Below, one piece after another: positions 19,122 to 29,030 of a stretch of DNA of 64,000 bases. A model generated the notes under the pieces. That model ran no database searches, was not told the DNA's origin, and was given only the letters and a program-made list of their open reading frames with translations. The stretch spans positions 64,001-128,000 of the forward strand of contig JBFWVL010000006.1 in the NCBI GenBank assembly GCA_050246755.1, read 5' to 3'. Position numbers and translations under genes: made by a program. Origin of the DNA: Bacteriovoracia bacterium. GTDB taxonomy: Bacteria; Bdellovibrionota; UBA1018; CAIPTA01. How positions within the stretch are numbered: position 1 is the first letter of the stretch; each line of letters begins with the position of its first letter.

Positions 19122-20627
19122 ATGAAACCAGGAATGTTTATGAGTGTGGCGTTCATGCCGGTGGTGCTAGCGGTATTTTCTATTTCCGCAGTAGCCGAAA
19201 CCGCGGCTGATTACTTAAAGGAGTTTCATGAAAATCCTGCGGCGGTAATGCAGCGTTTGCCCAGTTGGGTCGATGAAAAGGGCAATGCTCACCGCCGCGG
19301 AATTATTGATCAGCATGAGGTAGAAAGGAGATTTTCCGATCGTAAGGCGGCCCGTGCTCATATAACCGGACGCCGCGCGGATAGCTCAATTATTGGCGGA
19401 GACGTTCCCGACTCCAAGGACGTTCCCGAAAAATTGGTGGAACCAGGCTCGGCGATAGTTCGCAACTTACCGGAGATGGACGCCCGCGCCCTGACCCAGG
19501 GAGTAGTTCCGGTATTGCCTTGGACGGATTCTTATTGGCCCATGTATAGAGGAATCATCGGCTATCGCTACGCAGATAAATCTTTTCCCAAGTCGAAAGA
19601 CTGGCAGACAAACTACCAGTACGTGCAGGCCAATCCGGCTAGCTCGATCGTGGCCACCGGCGATACCGCGCTCATCAACGCACTTTCTCCGGCGGAAAAA
19701 TACGATTTCGCTCTTGGGGATCCCAATTTTACGCTTACCCATTTTTCGTGGGCTACGGGCGAAAAGCATTTTACCGAGACGGGATCGGTGGCCAGCTGGA
19801 TGGGAATTTGCCACGGCTGGAGCGGGGCGGCGCACATGCAGAGCGTGATCACCGAAATTCCGGTGGAGGTGATCGCCAGCAGTGGCGTGAAGGTTACTTT
19901 CTTTCCCCAGGACGTGAAAGCCCTGCAATCGATGCTGTGGGCGAATGCTTCTCCACCGACCCGCTTCGTGGGGAATCGCTGCGATACACCAAAGCCGCCA
20001 AAGAACGCGTACGGACGCATCCTGGATCCCAACTGTTTTGATACCAATCCCGGTACCTGGCATACGGCGGTAGTAAACCAGCTGGGAATAAATCAGCGAA
20101 GCTTCGTGATGGATTCCACCTACGACGCGCAGGTCTGGAATTTTTCGCTTTCCAAATATAGGTATAAGTACATCAATCCCCAAACGTTCCAGGAAACCTC
20201 GAACCTCGCCAGGGCCGCCATTTCCATCGAGCGTTTTACCTTGGATAAATTCAAGGAGTTCCGTTCTCCCGGTGTGCGTTTCGTGGTGGGAGTGGCGATG
20301 GACGCCTCTTACGTGAGCGATATTGCTCCCACGCGGGCGAACAAAGTGGAGCCCTCGCTGAAGACTCTGCGCTTTATTTACGACCTTGAGCTCGACGAGA
20401 ACTACAATATCATCGGCGGGGAATGGTATTCGAATGCGCACCCGGACTTTATGTGGACCTTCGATAAATCTGCGCAGGCCATGGCGCCAGGAGATGCCCA
20501 ACTGGCGAATGCCGATTGGACACTCGCCAGCCCAGTGCCGGCGGACTGGGCCGCGCCGGCGCAAAGAGCAGCTAGCCGGGGGGCGCCTCTATTCGCTTTC
20601 ATTCGCCGTTTGGTAGGTGCACCTTAG
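19122..20627 (+). CDS. Secreted transglutaminase, GP42/TGase_elicitor family
   Basis: Signal peptide; [23 protein letters not shown] (catalytic Cys-His), QDVKAL (catalytic Asp), [13 protein letters not shown]...VWN, YDLELD...IIGGEW...HPDFMW, collinear with Phytophthora GP42-type TGases as I recall them. Confidence 0.8.
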   Translation: MKPGMFMSVAFMPVVLAVFSISAVAETAADYLKEFHENPAAVMQRLPSWVDEKGNAHRRGIIDQHEVERRFSDRKAARAHITGRRADSSIIGGDVPDSKDVPEKLVEPGSAIVRNLPEMDARALTQGVVPVLPWTDSYWPMYRGIIGYRYADKSFPKSKDWQTNYQYVQANPASSIVATGDTALINALSPAEKYDFALGDPNFTLTHFSWATGEKHFTETGSVASWMGICHGWSGAAHMQSVITEIPVEVIASSGVKVTFFPQDVKALQSMLWANASPPTRFVGNRCDTPKPPKNAYGRILDPNCFDTNPGTWHTAVVNQLGINQRSFVMDSTYDAQVWNFSLSKYRYKYINPQTFQETSNLARAAISIERFTLDKFKEFRSPGVRFVVGVAMDASYVSDIAPTRANKVEPSLKTLRFIYDLELDENYNIIGGEWYSNAHPDFMWTFDKSAQAMAPGDAQLANADWTLASPVPADWAAPAQRAASRGAPLFAFIRRLVGAP

Positions 20628-21403
20628 CCGAAATGGCCGGTGATATAATCTTCGGTCAGCTTCACGGTGGGGTTCGTGAAGATCTTGCCGGTTTCGTTAA
20701 ACTCGATAAGCTCGCCCATATACATAAAGGCGGTGTACTCCGAGGTACGGGCGGCCTGCTGCATATTGTGGGTCACGATCACCACGCAATATTCGGTGCG
20801 GATCTCGCCGATTAGCTCTTCGATGCGGGCGGTGGAGATAGGGTCGAGCGCAGAGGTGGGCTCGTCGAGGAGCAGTACTTCCGGGCGCACTGCGATCGCG
20901 CGGGCAATGCACAAGCGCTGCTGCTGGCCGCCGGAAAGGCTCATGCCGTTTTGTTTCAACTTATCTTTTACTTCGTTCCAGAGGGCCGCTTTCTGCAAAG
21001 CCCACTGCACGCGCTCTTCTAGCTCGGCCCAGGAAAGAGTCTCGTAAAGCTTCACGCCGAAGGCCACGTTATCGAAGATCGACATGGGGAATGGAGTGGG
21101 TTTTTGGAATACCATGCCGATCTTGGCGCGGATTTTATTAATGTCTTCGCGGGAATCGAGAATATTAGTGCCGTTGAACCCGATCTCACCCGTGGCTTTC
21201 TGTTTCGGATACAGCTCGTACATGCGGTTGAACGTGCGAAGGAGCGTGGATTTCCCGCAGCCCGAAGGGCCGATGAAGGCGGTAACGGTTTTATCGGGGA
21301 TGGTAAAATTCACGGATTTTACGGCGTGGAAACCACCGTAGAAAAAGTTGAGGTCTTTTACCTGCAATTTCGATATGCCTTTGGGGACCGCAATATTCGT
21401 CAT
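20624..21403 (-). CDS. pstB: Phosphate ABC transporter ATPase
   Basis: [53 protein letters not shown]. Confidence 0.97.
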   Translation of the reverse strand: MTNIAVPKGISKLQVKDLNFFYGGFHAVKSVNFTIPDKTVTAFIGPSGCGKSTLLRTFNRMYELYPKQKATGEIGFNGTNILDSREDINKIRAKIGMVFQKPTPFPMSIFDNVAFGVKLYETLSWAELEERVQWALQKAALWNEVKDKLKQNGMSLSGGQQQRLCIARAIAVRPEVLLLDEPTSALDPISTARIEELIGEIRTEYCVVIVTHNMQQAARTSEYTAFMYMGELIEFNETGKIFTNPTVKLTEDYITGHFG

Positions 21404-21418
21404 CTGCTTCTCCAGTAT

Positions 21419-22261
21419 TTAGCCACGGCGCGCCCGGAGCGCAAAGCGGGCGATAATATTTAAAAATAAAACGGCGAGTGTGATCAAGAGGGCGCCGGCC
21501 CAGGCCAGATGCTGCCAGTCGTCGTAGGGGCTCATGGCGAACTGAAAGATCACTACGGGCAGGTTCGCCATCGGTTTATTGAGATCTGTATTCCAGAACT
21601 GGTTATTGAGGGCCGTAAACAGCAGCGGGGCGGATTCGCCGCTGATGCGGGCGATCCCGAGAAGTATACCGGTGAAAATACCGTTCCTGGCCGCGCGATA
21701 GGTTACCGATACGGTGATCTTCCACTGGGGAGCCCCCAGCGCGGCCGCGGCTTCGCGCAAGTTATTCGGCACTAGCAGCAGCATATTCTCGGTATTGCTC
21801 ACCACGAGGGGAATGAGAATCGTGGCGAGCGCGCAGGTGCCCGCCCAGCCGGAGAAATGCCCCATCCTGGCTACCACCACCGTGTAGATGAAAAATCCGA
21901 TCACCACGGAGGGCGCAGAGAGCAAAATACTGTTCACGAAGCGAATCACCTCGGCGAGCTTATTGTTGCGGCCGAATTCGGCGAGGTAGGTTCCCGCCAA
22001 AATTCCGATCGGCGTTCCGATCAGGGTGCCGATGCCGGTGAGCATAAGACTGCCCACGATCGCGTTTAGCAAGCCACCTTTGTTTCCGGGCGGAGGGGTC
22101 ATTTCGCGGAATACCGCCATCTGCAGGGCGGGGATTCCGTTGCGGAAAAGAGTAAATAAAATCGCGCCGAGAGCCAGGAGGCCGATCATCATCGCTAAGC
22201 AAGCCGCCCCGAGGCCAAGGCGGTTCACGATTTTTCGGCGTCGGTAAAGGGAAGCGTCCAT
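21419..22261 (-). CDS. pstA: Phosphate ABC permease PstA
   Basis: [38 protein letters not shown]. Confidence 0.95.
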   Translation of the reverse strand: MDASLYRRRKIVNRLGLGAACLAMMIGLLALGAILFTLFRNGIPALQMAVFREMTPPPGNKGGLLNAIVGSLMLTGIGTLIGTPIGILAGTYLAEFGRNNKLAEVIRFVNSILLSAPSVVIGFFIYTVVVARMGHFSGWAGTCALATILIPLVVSNTENMLLLVPNNLREAAAALGAPQWKITVSVTYRAARNGIFTGILLGIARISGESAPLLFTALNNQFWNTDLNKPMANLPVVIFQFAMSPYDDWQHLAWAGALLITLAVLFLNIIARFALRARRG

Positions 22262-23271
22262 TAGGTTTCCGCTCCGTCTCTGCGCTTCATGCGAATGAGT
22301 AATATTTTTGCGAGCGCCAACACGATGAAAGTGATCACGAAGAGGATGAGCCCGAGCTCGATCAGGGCGGAGGTGTAGAGCGTGCCCACAGCCTCGGTGA
22401 ACTCATTGGCGAGCGCCGACGAAATCGTATTGCCCGGCATGAGCAAAGAGCCGGATAGCTCGTGCGCATTTCCGATCACGAAGGTAACCGCCATGGTTTC
22501 TCCGAGGGCGCGGCCGAGGCCGAGCATAATTCCGCCGATCACGCCCAGTTTGGTATGAGGAAGTACCACGCGCCAGGCCACTTCCCAGGTGGTGGCGCCC
22601 AGGCCGTAGGCGGATTCTTTGAGCATCGGCGGAACTACGTCGAACACATCGCGCATTACCGAAGAAATAAAAGGAATGATCATGATCGCCAGGATCATTC
22701 CCGCCGTGAACATACCGATGCCTAGGGGCGGGCCTTGGAATAAAGTGCCCACTATCGGCCAGGCGCCCAGATTGGCAACTAGCCAAGGGTGAATATTTTT
22801 CGCGAAGAAAGGGGCGAACACGAAAAGCCCCCACATGCCGTAAATAATGCTGGGAATGGCGGCGAGCAGTTCGATGGCGATGCCGAGTGGAATTCTCAGC
22901 ACGCGGGGGGAGAGCTCGGTGAGAAAAAGGGCGATCCCGAAACTGATCGGAACTCCGATCAGCAGCGCAATCCCGGAAGTGACCAAGGTTCCGAAGATAG
23001 GAACACCGGCGCCGAATGCTTCGGCCACGGGATCCCAGTGCGTATTGAAGAAAAAGCCCCAGCCGAAAGCCTTGATCGCCGGAAGACTGCCGTGGACAAG
23101 GGCGGCGACGATGGCCAGGAGAAGAGCGAGCACGAATAGGGCAAAGAAAAGAGTCGACGCCCGAAAAATTCGATTGATCCAGCGCTGTTGTTTTAGGCGT
23201 AAATCGATGCGGGCCAAAGAGAGCGAACCATCCTTCTCCGTCACGAGGTTACTCTCGCGCGTATGATCCAT
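22261..23271 (-). CDS. pstC: Phosphate ABC permease PstC
   Basis: [38 protein letters not shown]. Confidence 0.95.
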   Translation of the reverse strand: MDHTRESNLVTEKDGSLSLARIDLRLKQQRWINRIFRASTLFFALFVLALLLAIVAALVHGSLPAIKAFGWGFFFNTHWDPVAEAFGAGVPIFGTLVTSGIALLIGVPISFGIALFLTELSPRVLRIPLGIAIELLAAIPSIIYGMWGLFVFAPFFAKNIHPWLVANLGAWPIVGTLFQGPPLGIGMFTAGMILAIMIIPFISSVMRDVFDVVPPMLKESAYGLGATTWEVAWRVVLPHTKLGVIGGIMLGLGRALGETMAVTFVIGNAHELSGSLLMPGNTISSALANEFTEAVGTLYTSALIELGLILFVITFIVLALAKILLIRMKRRDGAET

Positions 23272-23319
23272 GATAGTCCGCCCGCTCCGTATGACGCTGC
23301 ACGAAAAAGCGTTTGATCA

Positions 23320-24336
23320 CTAATTCTTCAGCTCGTCTTTCCAGGTTTTCTCGACGAGTTTCGATACCTTTGCCGGTACCGGTACATAATGGAGCTCTTC
23401 CGCCATGGTCTTTCCGTTGGCGAAAGCCCAACGGAAGAATTTCACGGCTTCCTTGGCTTGTTCCGCATTGCTAGGGTCCTTACGCATGAGCACGAAGGTA
23501 GAGCCGGCGATCGGCCAGCTACCGGCACCGGGGGCGTCGGTAAGGATGAGGTAATAGTTCTTTGCCTTAGCCCAGTCGGCGCCAGCCGCGGCGGCTTCGA
23601 AGGATTTGCTATTGGGCTCAACGAACTTTCCGGCCGCATTCTTCATCTGCGCGAAAGCTATTTTATTCTGAAGCGCGTACGCATATTCCACGTAACCGAT
23701 CGAGCCTTCGATTTGCTTTACGTAGGAGGCCACGCCTTCGTTTCCTTTGCCTCCCACACCAGTAGGCCAGTTCACGGCGCTGCCTTCACCCACCTTGGAT
23801 TTCCATTCTTCGCTGACTTTCGAGAGGTAGTTGGTGAAGATGAAAGAGCTGCCCGAACCGTCGGAGCGGTGAACGATGCTAACCGCGGTGGCGGGAAGCT
23901 TCACTCCCGGATTCAGTTTGGAGATCGCGGCGTCGTTCCAGGTTTTTACTTTGCCGAGGAAAATATCGGCGAGCACAGGCCCCGAAAGTTTTAACTGACC
24001 CGAAGCTACGCCGGGAACATTGATGATGGGAACGAGGGCGCCGTTGATGATGGGAAACTGCACGAGATGATCTTTTTCGAGATCTTCCGCCTTGAGAGGC
24101 ATGTCGGTGGCGCCGAAATCCACGGTCTTGCCTTGAATTTGCTTGATGCCGCCGCCCGAACCGATGGACTGGTAATTCACCGAGCTTCCCGTTGCCTTTT
24201 TATAAGCGTCGGCCCATTTAGCGATCACGGGGTAAACGAAAGTAGAGCCGGCTCCGGTTACGTCAACGGCGAAGGCCGAAGGCATCGCTAGAAAGGCCGC
24301 GAGCGCGAGAGCAATAGAAAGGCGTGGAATGGGCAT
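23320..24336 (-). CDS. pstS: Phosphate-binding protein PstS
   Basis: TGAGSTF, YQSIGSGGG, DFGATD, RSDGSG, GKGNEGV, IGYVEYAYA. Confidence 0.96.
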   Translation of the reverse strand: MPIPRLSIALALAAFLAMPSAFAVDVTGAGSTFVYPVIAKWADAYKKATGSSVNYQSIGSGGGIKQIQGKTVDFGATDMPLKAEDLEKDHLVQFPIINGALVPIINVPGVASGQLKLSGPVLADIFLGKVKTWNDAAISKLNPGVKLPATAVSIVHRSDGSGSSFIFTNYLSKVSEEWKSKVGEGSAVNWPTGVGGKGNEGVASYVKQIEGSIGYVEYAYALQNKIAFAQMKNAAGKFVEPNSKSFEAAAAGADWAKAKNYYLILTDAPGAGSWPIAGSTFVLMRKDPSNAEQAKEAVKFFRWAFANGKTMAEELHYVPVPAKVSKLVEKTWKDELKN

Positions 24337-24451
24337 GGATTTCCTCCAGAGAAAGTAGAATTGTTTTGTCTATAATTTATAGGGTCATGGACCACTGCGT
24401 TCAATAGGAAATACCTTCCCAATCAATTCCTAATAATCGAATATTTGTGCG

Positions 24452-24466
24452 TGGCACGATGGTTGC
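24452..24466 (+). promoter_or_regulatory. sigma54 promoter (TGGCACGATGGTTGC)
   Basis: Exact match to the TGGCACG-N4-TTGC consensus, 33 nt upstream of the DoxX-like gene. Confidence 0.75.
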
Positions 24467-24498
24467 TCTATGGGCCTTGGGGCAGTTAAGGGGGCAAA

Positions 24499-25041
24499 GT
24501 GGTGCGTGTGCAGCGAAAAAATGAAAATGATCACCTAAGGTTGGTGGCCAATCGGGAAAAGAAGCAGGCGTTTCAGCGTTCAGCCGTGGACCGCAACCGA
24601 GGTTCCGTGGTTTTGGGCTTCCGCCTTTTGCAATTCGCGCTGGCCATACTTTTGGCGGGAGCGGGGGCCGATAAAATTTTCCAGGCTTCTTTAACCTGGA
24701 ACCAATACGTTCCCGCGATCTTGCCTTGGCTCTTCGGGATGGACGTTTCGTCTTTTCTCGCCGTGATTGGATTGTTCGAAGTAGCTCTGGCGCTCGGGCT
24801 GGTACTTGCCCCAGGGTATTTTGGCGGAGTGGTTTCTCTCTGGCTTTTATTGGCGAATTTCAACTTAGTGGCCAGCGGAAACTTCTTAGACCTTGGTTTA
24901 CGAGATCTTTCGCTCGCGATCTGTGCCTTTGCGCTGGGCTCTCTTGGGCAAATCCCAGAAATTTCCACCTTGCATCGAATTAAGCCGAGGCGCTTTCGCC
25001 TTCTTGTATCGAAGAATCCGCGATTTCAAGCAGCCCAATAG
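24499..25041 (+). CDS. DoxX-family membrane protein
   Basis: AGADKIF..LTW.QY, GLFEVALALG, LDLGLRDLSL; 4 TMs. Confidence 0.7.
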   Translation: MVRVQRKNENDHLRLVANREKKQAFQRSAVDRNRGSVVLGFRLLQFALAILLAGAGADKIFQASLTWNQYVPAILPWLFGMDVSSFLAVIGLFEVALALGLVLAPGYFGGVVSLWLLLANFNLVASGNFLDLGLRDLSLAICAFALGSLGQIPEISTLHRIKPRRFRLLVSKNPRFQAAQ

Positions 25042-26536
25042 TGGCCGGCCCATTGATCACGTTCCCCATTTTATCAAAGCGAGAGCCATGGCAAGGGCAG
25101 TCCCAGGTTTTCTCCGCTGAATTCCATCGCACTATTCCATTTAGGTGGGGGCAAACGGCCGAGTACCGGTGGATTCGCCCGAAGGAGTCTTTATAGACGG
25201 CGATCTTTTGTAGGCCTTCTCGAATTACGGCGCCCTCGCATTTAGGAATGTCTTGCGGGGAAGAAACGTCTCCGCCGTCGATCCAATCGGAATAGGGGAC
25301 AGTGGACTGCATCGTTTCCTTCACGAAAGTATTCAGGCTTAGCAGTGAAACGCGAGAGGGATCATAGAGTTTCGCCCACGGGTTTGGCTTTCCTTTGATT
25401 AGATCCGTGAGCAAGATGCCGGCGATTGTACCGTGGGTCAGGCCGTGGCCGGAGTCTCCCGTCACGATAAACACATTTTCCTCGTCGTGAGGATTACGTC
25501 CGATGAAGGCCAAGCCGTCGTGAGGCTCCATCACCTGGCCTGACCAAGAATACGCAATCGGCGCATGCACGCCGAGGCGTTCGGCGGCCCAGCGGCGAAG
25601 CTTTTCGTAGTGGTCCACGGCTTCGCCGTCCTGGCCGGTGCGATGGTCCTCGCCTCCCACGATGAGGATCTCGCCTTCCGGATCTTTGGCCCAGCGCACG
25701 TAGTGGTAGGGATCCGAGTTGTCCCAGTAGAGGCCCAGCGCGGGAGATTTTCTGGAAGGTACCCGCAGGCCCACGCAGTAGGTTCGATATGCCGCCATTT
25801 TGGTGTGCATGGTTACGCGATCGTTGAAGGGAACGTTGGCGGCCACTACCACCGCTGCGCTCACTACTTGAAAGCCGCGGTCAGTAGTCACCCGCGCGGG
25901 CCGGCCCCCTTCCACGGATTTCACCTCTGTATGGGTGAAAATTTTTCCGCCTTTCGCCTGCACGGCGAGGGCGAGGGCGTTGAGGTAGCGCAGCGGATGA
26001 AACTGCGCCTGGCGCGGGAAGGCCACGCAGATCCCGGTTTCAAATATTTCTCCGGGCGCATTCTCGATCAGCTCGGCATCGCTCAAGGGAGTTTCTTTGG
26101 TGAGCTCGTATTCGCTGATGAGTTCCTGCCGGCTGGAATCGGCTCCAAGAAATAAATAGCCTTTCACGCGTTCGAAGGAGCAATCAATCTTTTCTTTTTT
26201 TACGATCCTTTCGATTTCGTCGATGGCCGCCGCGTGGCTTTCTATCGCAAGCGAGAGGCCTTTTTTTCCGTGCAGTCGTTTGAGGCGAGCGAAACCGTCG
26301 TCGAGGGCGCTCGCGAGGTGAGCGGAAGTAAGGCCGGTCTCTCCCTGCCCGATGCTTTCTCGATCGAGCACCACTACGCTTTTGCCGGCTTCGAGCAGGC
26401 GATACGCCGTGCTGAGGCCGGCGATTCCCGCCCCGATTATGCACACGTCGCAGTGGTGGTGAGCGTTCAAGGAAGGAAAGAGAGGATGCTCTATTTTTTG
26501 CCAGATGGATTGGCTGCCATGTTTATTTCTATCCAT
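24980..26536 (-). CDS. FAD-dependent oxidoreductase with C-terminal Rieske [2Fe-2S] domain (YhfW-like)
   Basis: GAGIAG, QFHPLRY, GGEDH, WSGQ; CPHL...WDCPCHGSRF. Confidence 0.92.
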   Translation of the reverse strand: MDRNKHGSQSIWQKIEHPLFPSLNAHHHCDVCIIGAGIAGLSTAYRLLEAGKSVVVLDRESIGQGETGLTSAHLASALDDGFARLKRLHGKKGLSLAIESHAAAIDEIERIVKKEKIDCSFERVKGYLFLGADSSRQELISEYELTKETPLSDAELIENAPGEIFETGICVAFPRQAQFHPLRYLNALALAVQAKGGKIFTHTEVKSVEGGRPARVTTDRGFQVVSAAVVVAANVPFNDRVTMHTKMAAYRTYCVGLRVPSRKSPALGLYWDNSDPYHYVRWAKDPEGEILIVGGEDHRTGQDGEAVDHYEKLRRWAAERLGVHAPIAYSWSGQVMEPHDGLAFIGRNPHDEENVFIVTGDSGHGLTHGTIAGILLTDLIKGKPNPWAKLYDPSRVSLLSLNTFVKETMQSTVPYSDWIDGGDVSSPQDIPKCEGAVIREGLQKIAVYKDSFGRIHRYSAVCPHLNGIVRWNSAEKTWDCPCHGSRFDKMGNVINGPATIGLLEIADSSIQEGESASA

Positions 26537-26545
26537 AATTCCCCT

Positions 26546-27007
26546 TTATTGACGAAGCATAGCTAGGACCGTCGAGGTGGATGCCGATTCCCGCTTTGCG
26601 AAACGTTTGCTTTGCACCGGCAGGCCGCTAAAATTTTCGCGGAGGAATTTACGGATTTCCTCATTTCGTAGTTCCGCCAAGGCGATGGCCTCCGCGCTGG
26701 GTTTTTCGAGCTCCGCCCAGTTCACCACTTCAAATTTTTCGATCTTTTCTTTTCCGCCGGCTTCTTCCACGAGCGCGAGAAGACGCTCCTTGTTTTCCGG
26801 GCTGAGCTTAATTTGTGCTGGCGCGAAAAAGAAATCGGTGGCCAGGGTATTTTCCGGATTCGCTGAGTAATTTTCCGTCTCCGAAACGGCACTTACTTTG
26901 GGCAGCTCCTTTTTTTGTGGGCAGGCGCTGAGCAGCAGGATGGGCGCCAGAGAAAGAAGAAAGGGTAAAAGATAGGCTACTAGCCTAGTGTGATTTTGTT
27001 TGATCAT
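26546..27007 (-). CDS. Hypothetical lipoprotein, degenerate OmpA-C-like domain possible
   Basis: Lipobox LSAC; FFFAPAQIKLS...LAELRNEEIRKFL; RBS ggagg before ATG 27007. Confidence 0.55.
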   Translation of the reverse strand: MIKQNHTRLVAYLLPFLLSLAPILLLSACPQKKELPKVSAVSETENYSANPENTLATDFFFAPAQIKLSPENKERLLALVEEAGGKEKIEKFEVVNWAELEKPSAEAIALAELRNEEIRKFLRENFSGLPVQSKRFAKRESASTSTVLAMLRQ

Positions 27008-27045
27008 CCTTCCTCCTTTGGCTGGTAAACCAGTGAAGGAAGGTA

Positions 27046-27060
27046 GCAAAGCTCAGGCCA
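27046..27060 (-). promoter_or_regulatory. Putative sigma54 promoter (TGGCCTGAGCTTTGC)
   Basis: TGGC-N7-TTGC, 39 nt upstream of the lipoprotein/YhfW-like operon. Confidence 0.6.
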
Positions 27061-27125
27061 GCAGGAGGCGGGGAGTAATGTCCCAAAGAAAGGCCTAAGC
27101 GTGGCCTTTCTTTGGGGCTAAGAAT

Positions 27126-27722
27126 CTAATTGGTGATGCGTACACGCGTATTCGCGCGTCCATATTTACTGACCAGGCGAAAAAGGCGGTCCGCATTCGT
27201 TGGGTGCTGGCGAATGCAGCCGCCGGAATCACGGCGTCCCAGCATCCGGATATGGTCGCCGTAGGTGGCGTGAAGGGCGATTCCGCCCACGATGAAAATC
27301 GCCCGGTCCATGCGCGCCTCCCAAGAGCGCGAGGTATAGGTATAGTGCAGGCTTTTAGGAGAAAAAACTCCACTGGGAGTATGGGCAGTATAGCAGCGGC
27401 CATTCGGGGGGCAGCGTACCGTTTCGGAGCCGGTGGAAACAGCCCAGTCGCCGAAGAGCTGGCCATTTTCCCAGACCCAGAGGTGCTGGCGGGATTTATC
27501 TACGAGTACGTAGACGGCGGCATCGCGGGGGTCTTTCAGGCCGATAGTGAAATCAATGTTGATGGAGTCGTCGAGGCGAACGCCTTCTCGGAGCATTTCT
27601 CCGTAGATTTCCGCGGGGCTGGCGATATCACCGAGCTCTGCTTCGCCGGAAGCAAAGGTCTCTGCAGCCAAGGCGGCGTGAATGGGCAACGCAAACAATA
27701 GAAACGCTAGAATCAGTTTCAT
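27126..27722 (-). CDS. L,D-transpeptidase (YkuD family)
   Basis: Signal peptide; VDKSRQHL, VSTG, TPSG, GIALHAT...LGRRDSGGCIR. Confidence 0.9.
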   Translation of the reverse strand: MKLILAFLLFALPIHAALAAETFASGEAELGDIASPAEIYGEMLREGVRLDDSINIDFTIGLKDPRDAAVYVLVDKSRQHLWVWENGQLFGDWAVSTGSETVRCPPNGRCYTAHTPSGVFSPKSLHYTYTSRSWEARMDRAIFIVGGIALHATYGDHIRMLGRRDSGGCIRQHPTNADRLFRLVSKYGRANTRVRITN

Positions 27723-27850
27723 GATTTTCTCCTCGGGTTTTTCCTTGCGGCTCTCAGCGCGCGGCCGAAACATAGCAAAGCCCGGGTACGCTTACAATAA
27801 AGCATCTGCCGCGAGGCGTTTTGGTAAATAGGCGCTCTGCGTCATTTTTT

Positions 27851-29029
27851 TTATTTGGGAAATACCGAACTAGATTTTGCGCGGAGGAGCGTGGCCCGCT
27901 TCACATCGCCTTTTTCCTCTAGCTCTACGTTGTCCCAGAGATCGCCGCGAGCGCATTCCAGTACAAACTCATTCTCGGCATGAGCCTTCGAGCGTTGCAC
28001 GCGGGCGGCTCGTTTTCCGTCTGGAAGGCAAATTCGGCATTCTACTTGGCCTTTTCGCTCCATCCGCTGGCTCACGATTCGCCCCGTGCTTCGCGGGGGA
28101 GAAGGGGAAGCAGTTGCCGAAATGAGAACGTAAGAAAAAAGCAGGGCCTCTTTTCTTAGCCCTACGGAAGCCCCTACTTCGTTCACCCATTCCGGAAATT
28201 CGCAGCTCGCTTCTTCGTGGCACCAATCTCTGGCTTCTTTCAAGGCTCCGCAGGGCCGCGCATCTAAGCAAGGTAGGAGAACCCGCCCGAGCCCTTCGCT
28301 TTGTAAGGCATCCTTCAGCTCCGCCAATTCCCGCGAGCTTTCGCGGGACCCCGGCTCGATGAGGACCAAAAATCTTTCTTTTCCGTCGGCTTCGCTGAAT
28401 GCGCGAAGAGCGTTGAGCGCATTCGCCATGGCTTTTTTCCGTGCACCAAAATCTGGATACACCTCCGCCAGAGAGTTCACGAAACTAAGGTGAGTGGGTT
28501 TATTTTTGCGCAATAAGCTCTCCCAGTTTTCCCCTTTCGCGGCGGGCGCCTGAAACCGCGCCGTGAATCCGAACGGTTTTGCGCGAGTGAGATTGGCGGC
28601 AATCTCGCTGAACAGGGGTGACTGATCCCAGCCATGAAAGGAAAACTTCTTACTCCGCTGGGCGCACCACCAGGCGGCGCCCCAGAATGCCGTGCCTGGA
28701 CCCGTTCCCACGTCGAGCCACTGTGCTTCTTCCTGTGGCAGCGGATCCTGGCCAAGGAGAAACGCTTCCTCGAGCACCACCGCAACCTTTAAGGCATTGG
28801 CCGGTAAATAATAGGCGGCATAGGCCTCGGCTTCCTCACGGCGAAAAGAATAATGCGTCTCGTGTTCGGGAACAATCCCGCGGCCCTTCGCGAGTCTCGG
28901 CCAGAGGCTTTTCAAGCCCGCGCTGCGCTTGGCGATCGCCTGGGGGGTGGGGATGCCTTGCCAAAGTGCGCGGGTTAAAGCCTCTTCGAGGTCCGGCGGA
29001 AAACGAAAGGATTCCCGTAAAAAAAACAT
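27851..29029 (-). CDS. Rsm22/METTL17-like SAM-dependent methyltransferase
   Basis: AYAAYYLPAN, LDVGTGPGT, LIEPG, PCLDARPC..DWCH, FSYV. Confidence 0.8.
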   Translation of the reverse strand: MFFLRESFRFPPDLEEALTRALWQGIPTPQAIAKRSAGLKSLWPRLAKGRGIVPEHETHYSFRREEAEAYAAYYLPANALKVAVVLEEAFLLGQDPLPQEEAQWLDVGTGPGTAFWGAAWWCAQRSKKFSFHGWDQSPLFSEIAANLTRAKPFGFTARFQAPAAKGENWESLLRKNKPTHLSFVNSLAEVYPDFGARKKAMANALNALRAFSEADGKERFLVLIEPGSRESSRELAELKDALQSEGLGRVLLPCLDARPCGALKEARDWCHEEASCEFPEWVNEVGASVGLRKEALLFSYVLISATASPSPPRSTGRIVSQRMERKGQVECRICLPDGKRAARVQRSKAHAENEFVLECARGDLWDNVELEEKGDVKRATLLRAKSSSVFPK

Positions 29030-29030
29030 C

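Noticed and set aside
19467-20564. Long antisense or alternate-frame ORFs (also 42753-43820, 53690-54568, 11590-12432, 10818-11609)
   Set aside because: Shadow ORFs of well-supported genes, expected from GC-rich codon usage; no recognisable motifs.
24337-24450. Pho box upstream of pstS (also sought upstream of phoU)
   Set aside because: No 11-bp-spaced CTGTCAT-type direct repeats; only a sigma70-like TTGAAC-17-TATAAA and a short AT palindrome.
27770-27800. sigma54 promoter for the L,D-transpeptidase
   Set aside because: TTGC is present but GG is missing at -24; fits sigma70 TTGTAA-17-TATGTT better.
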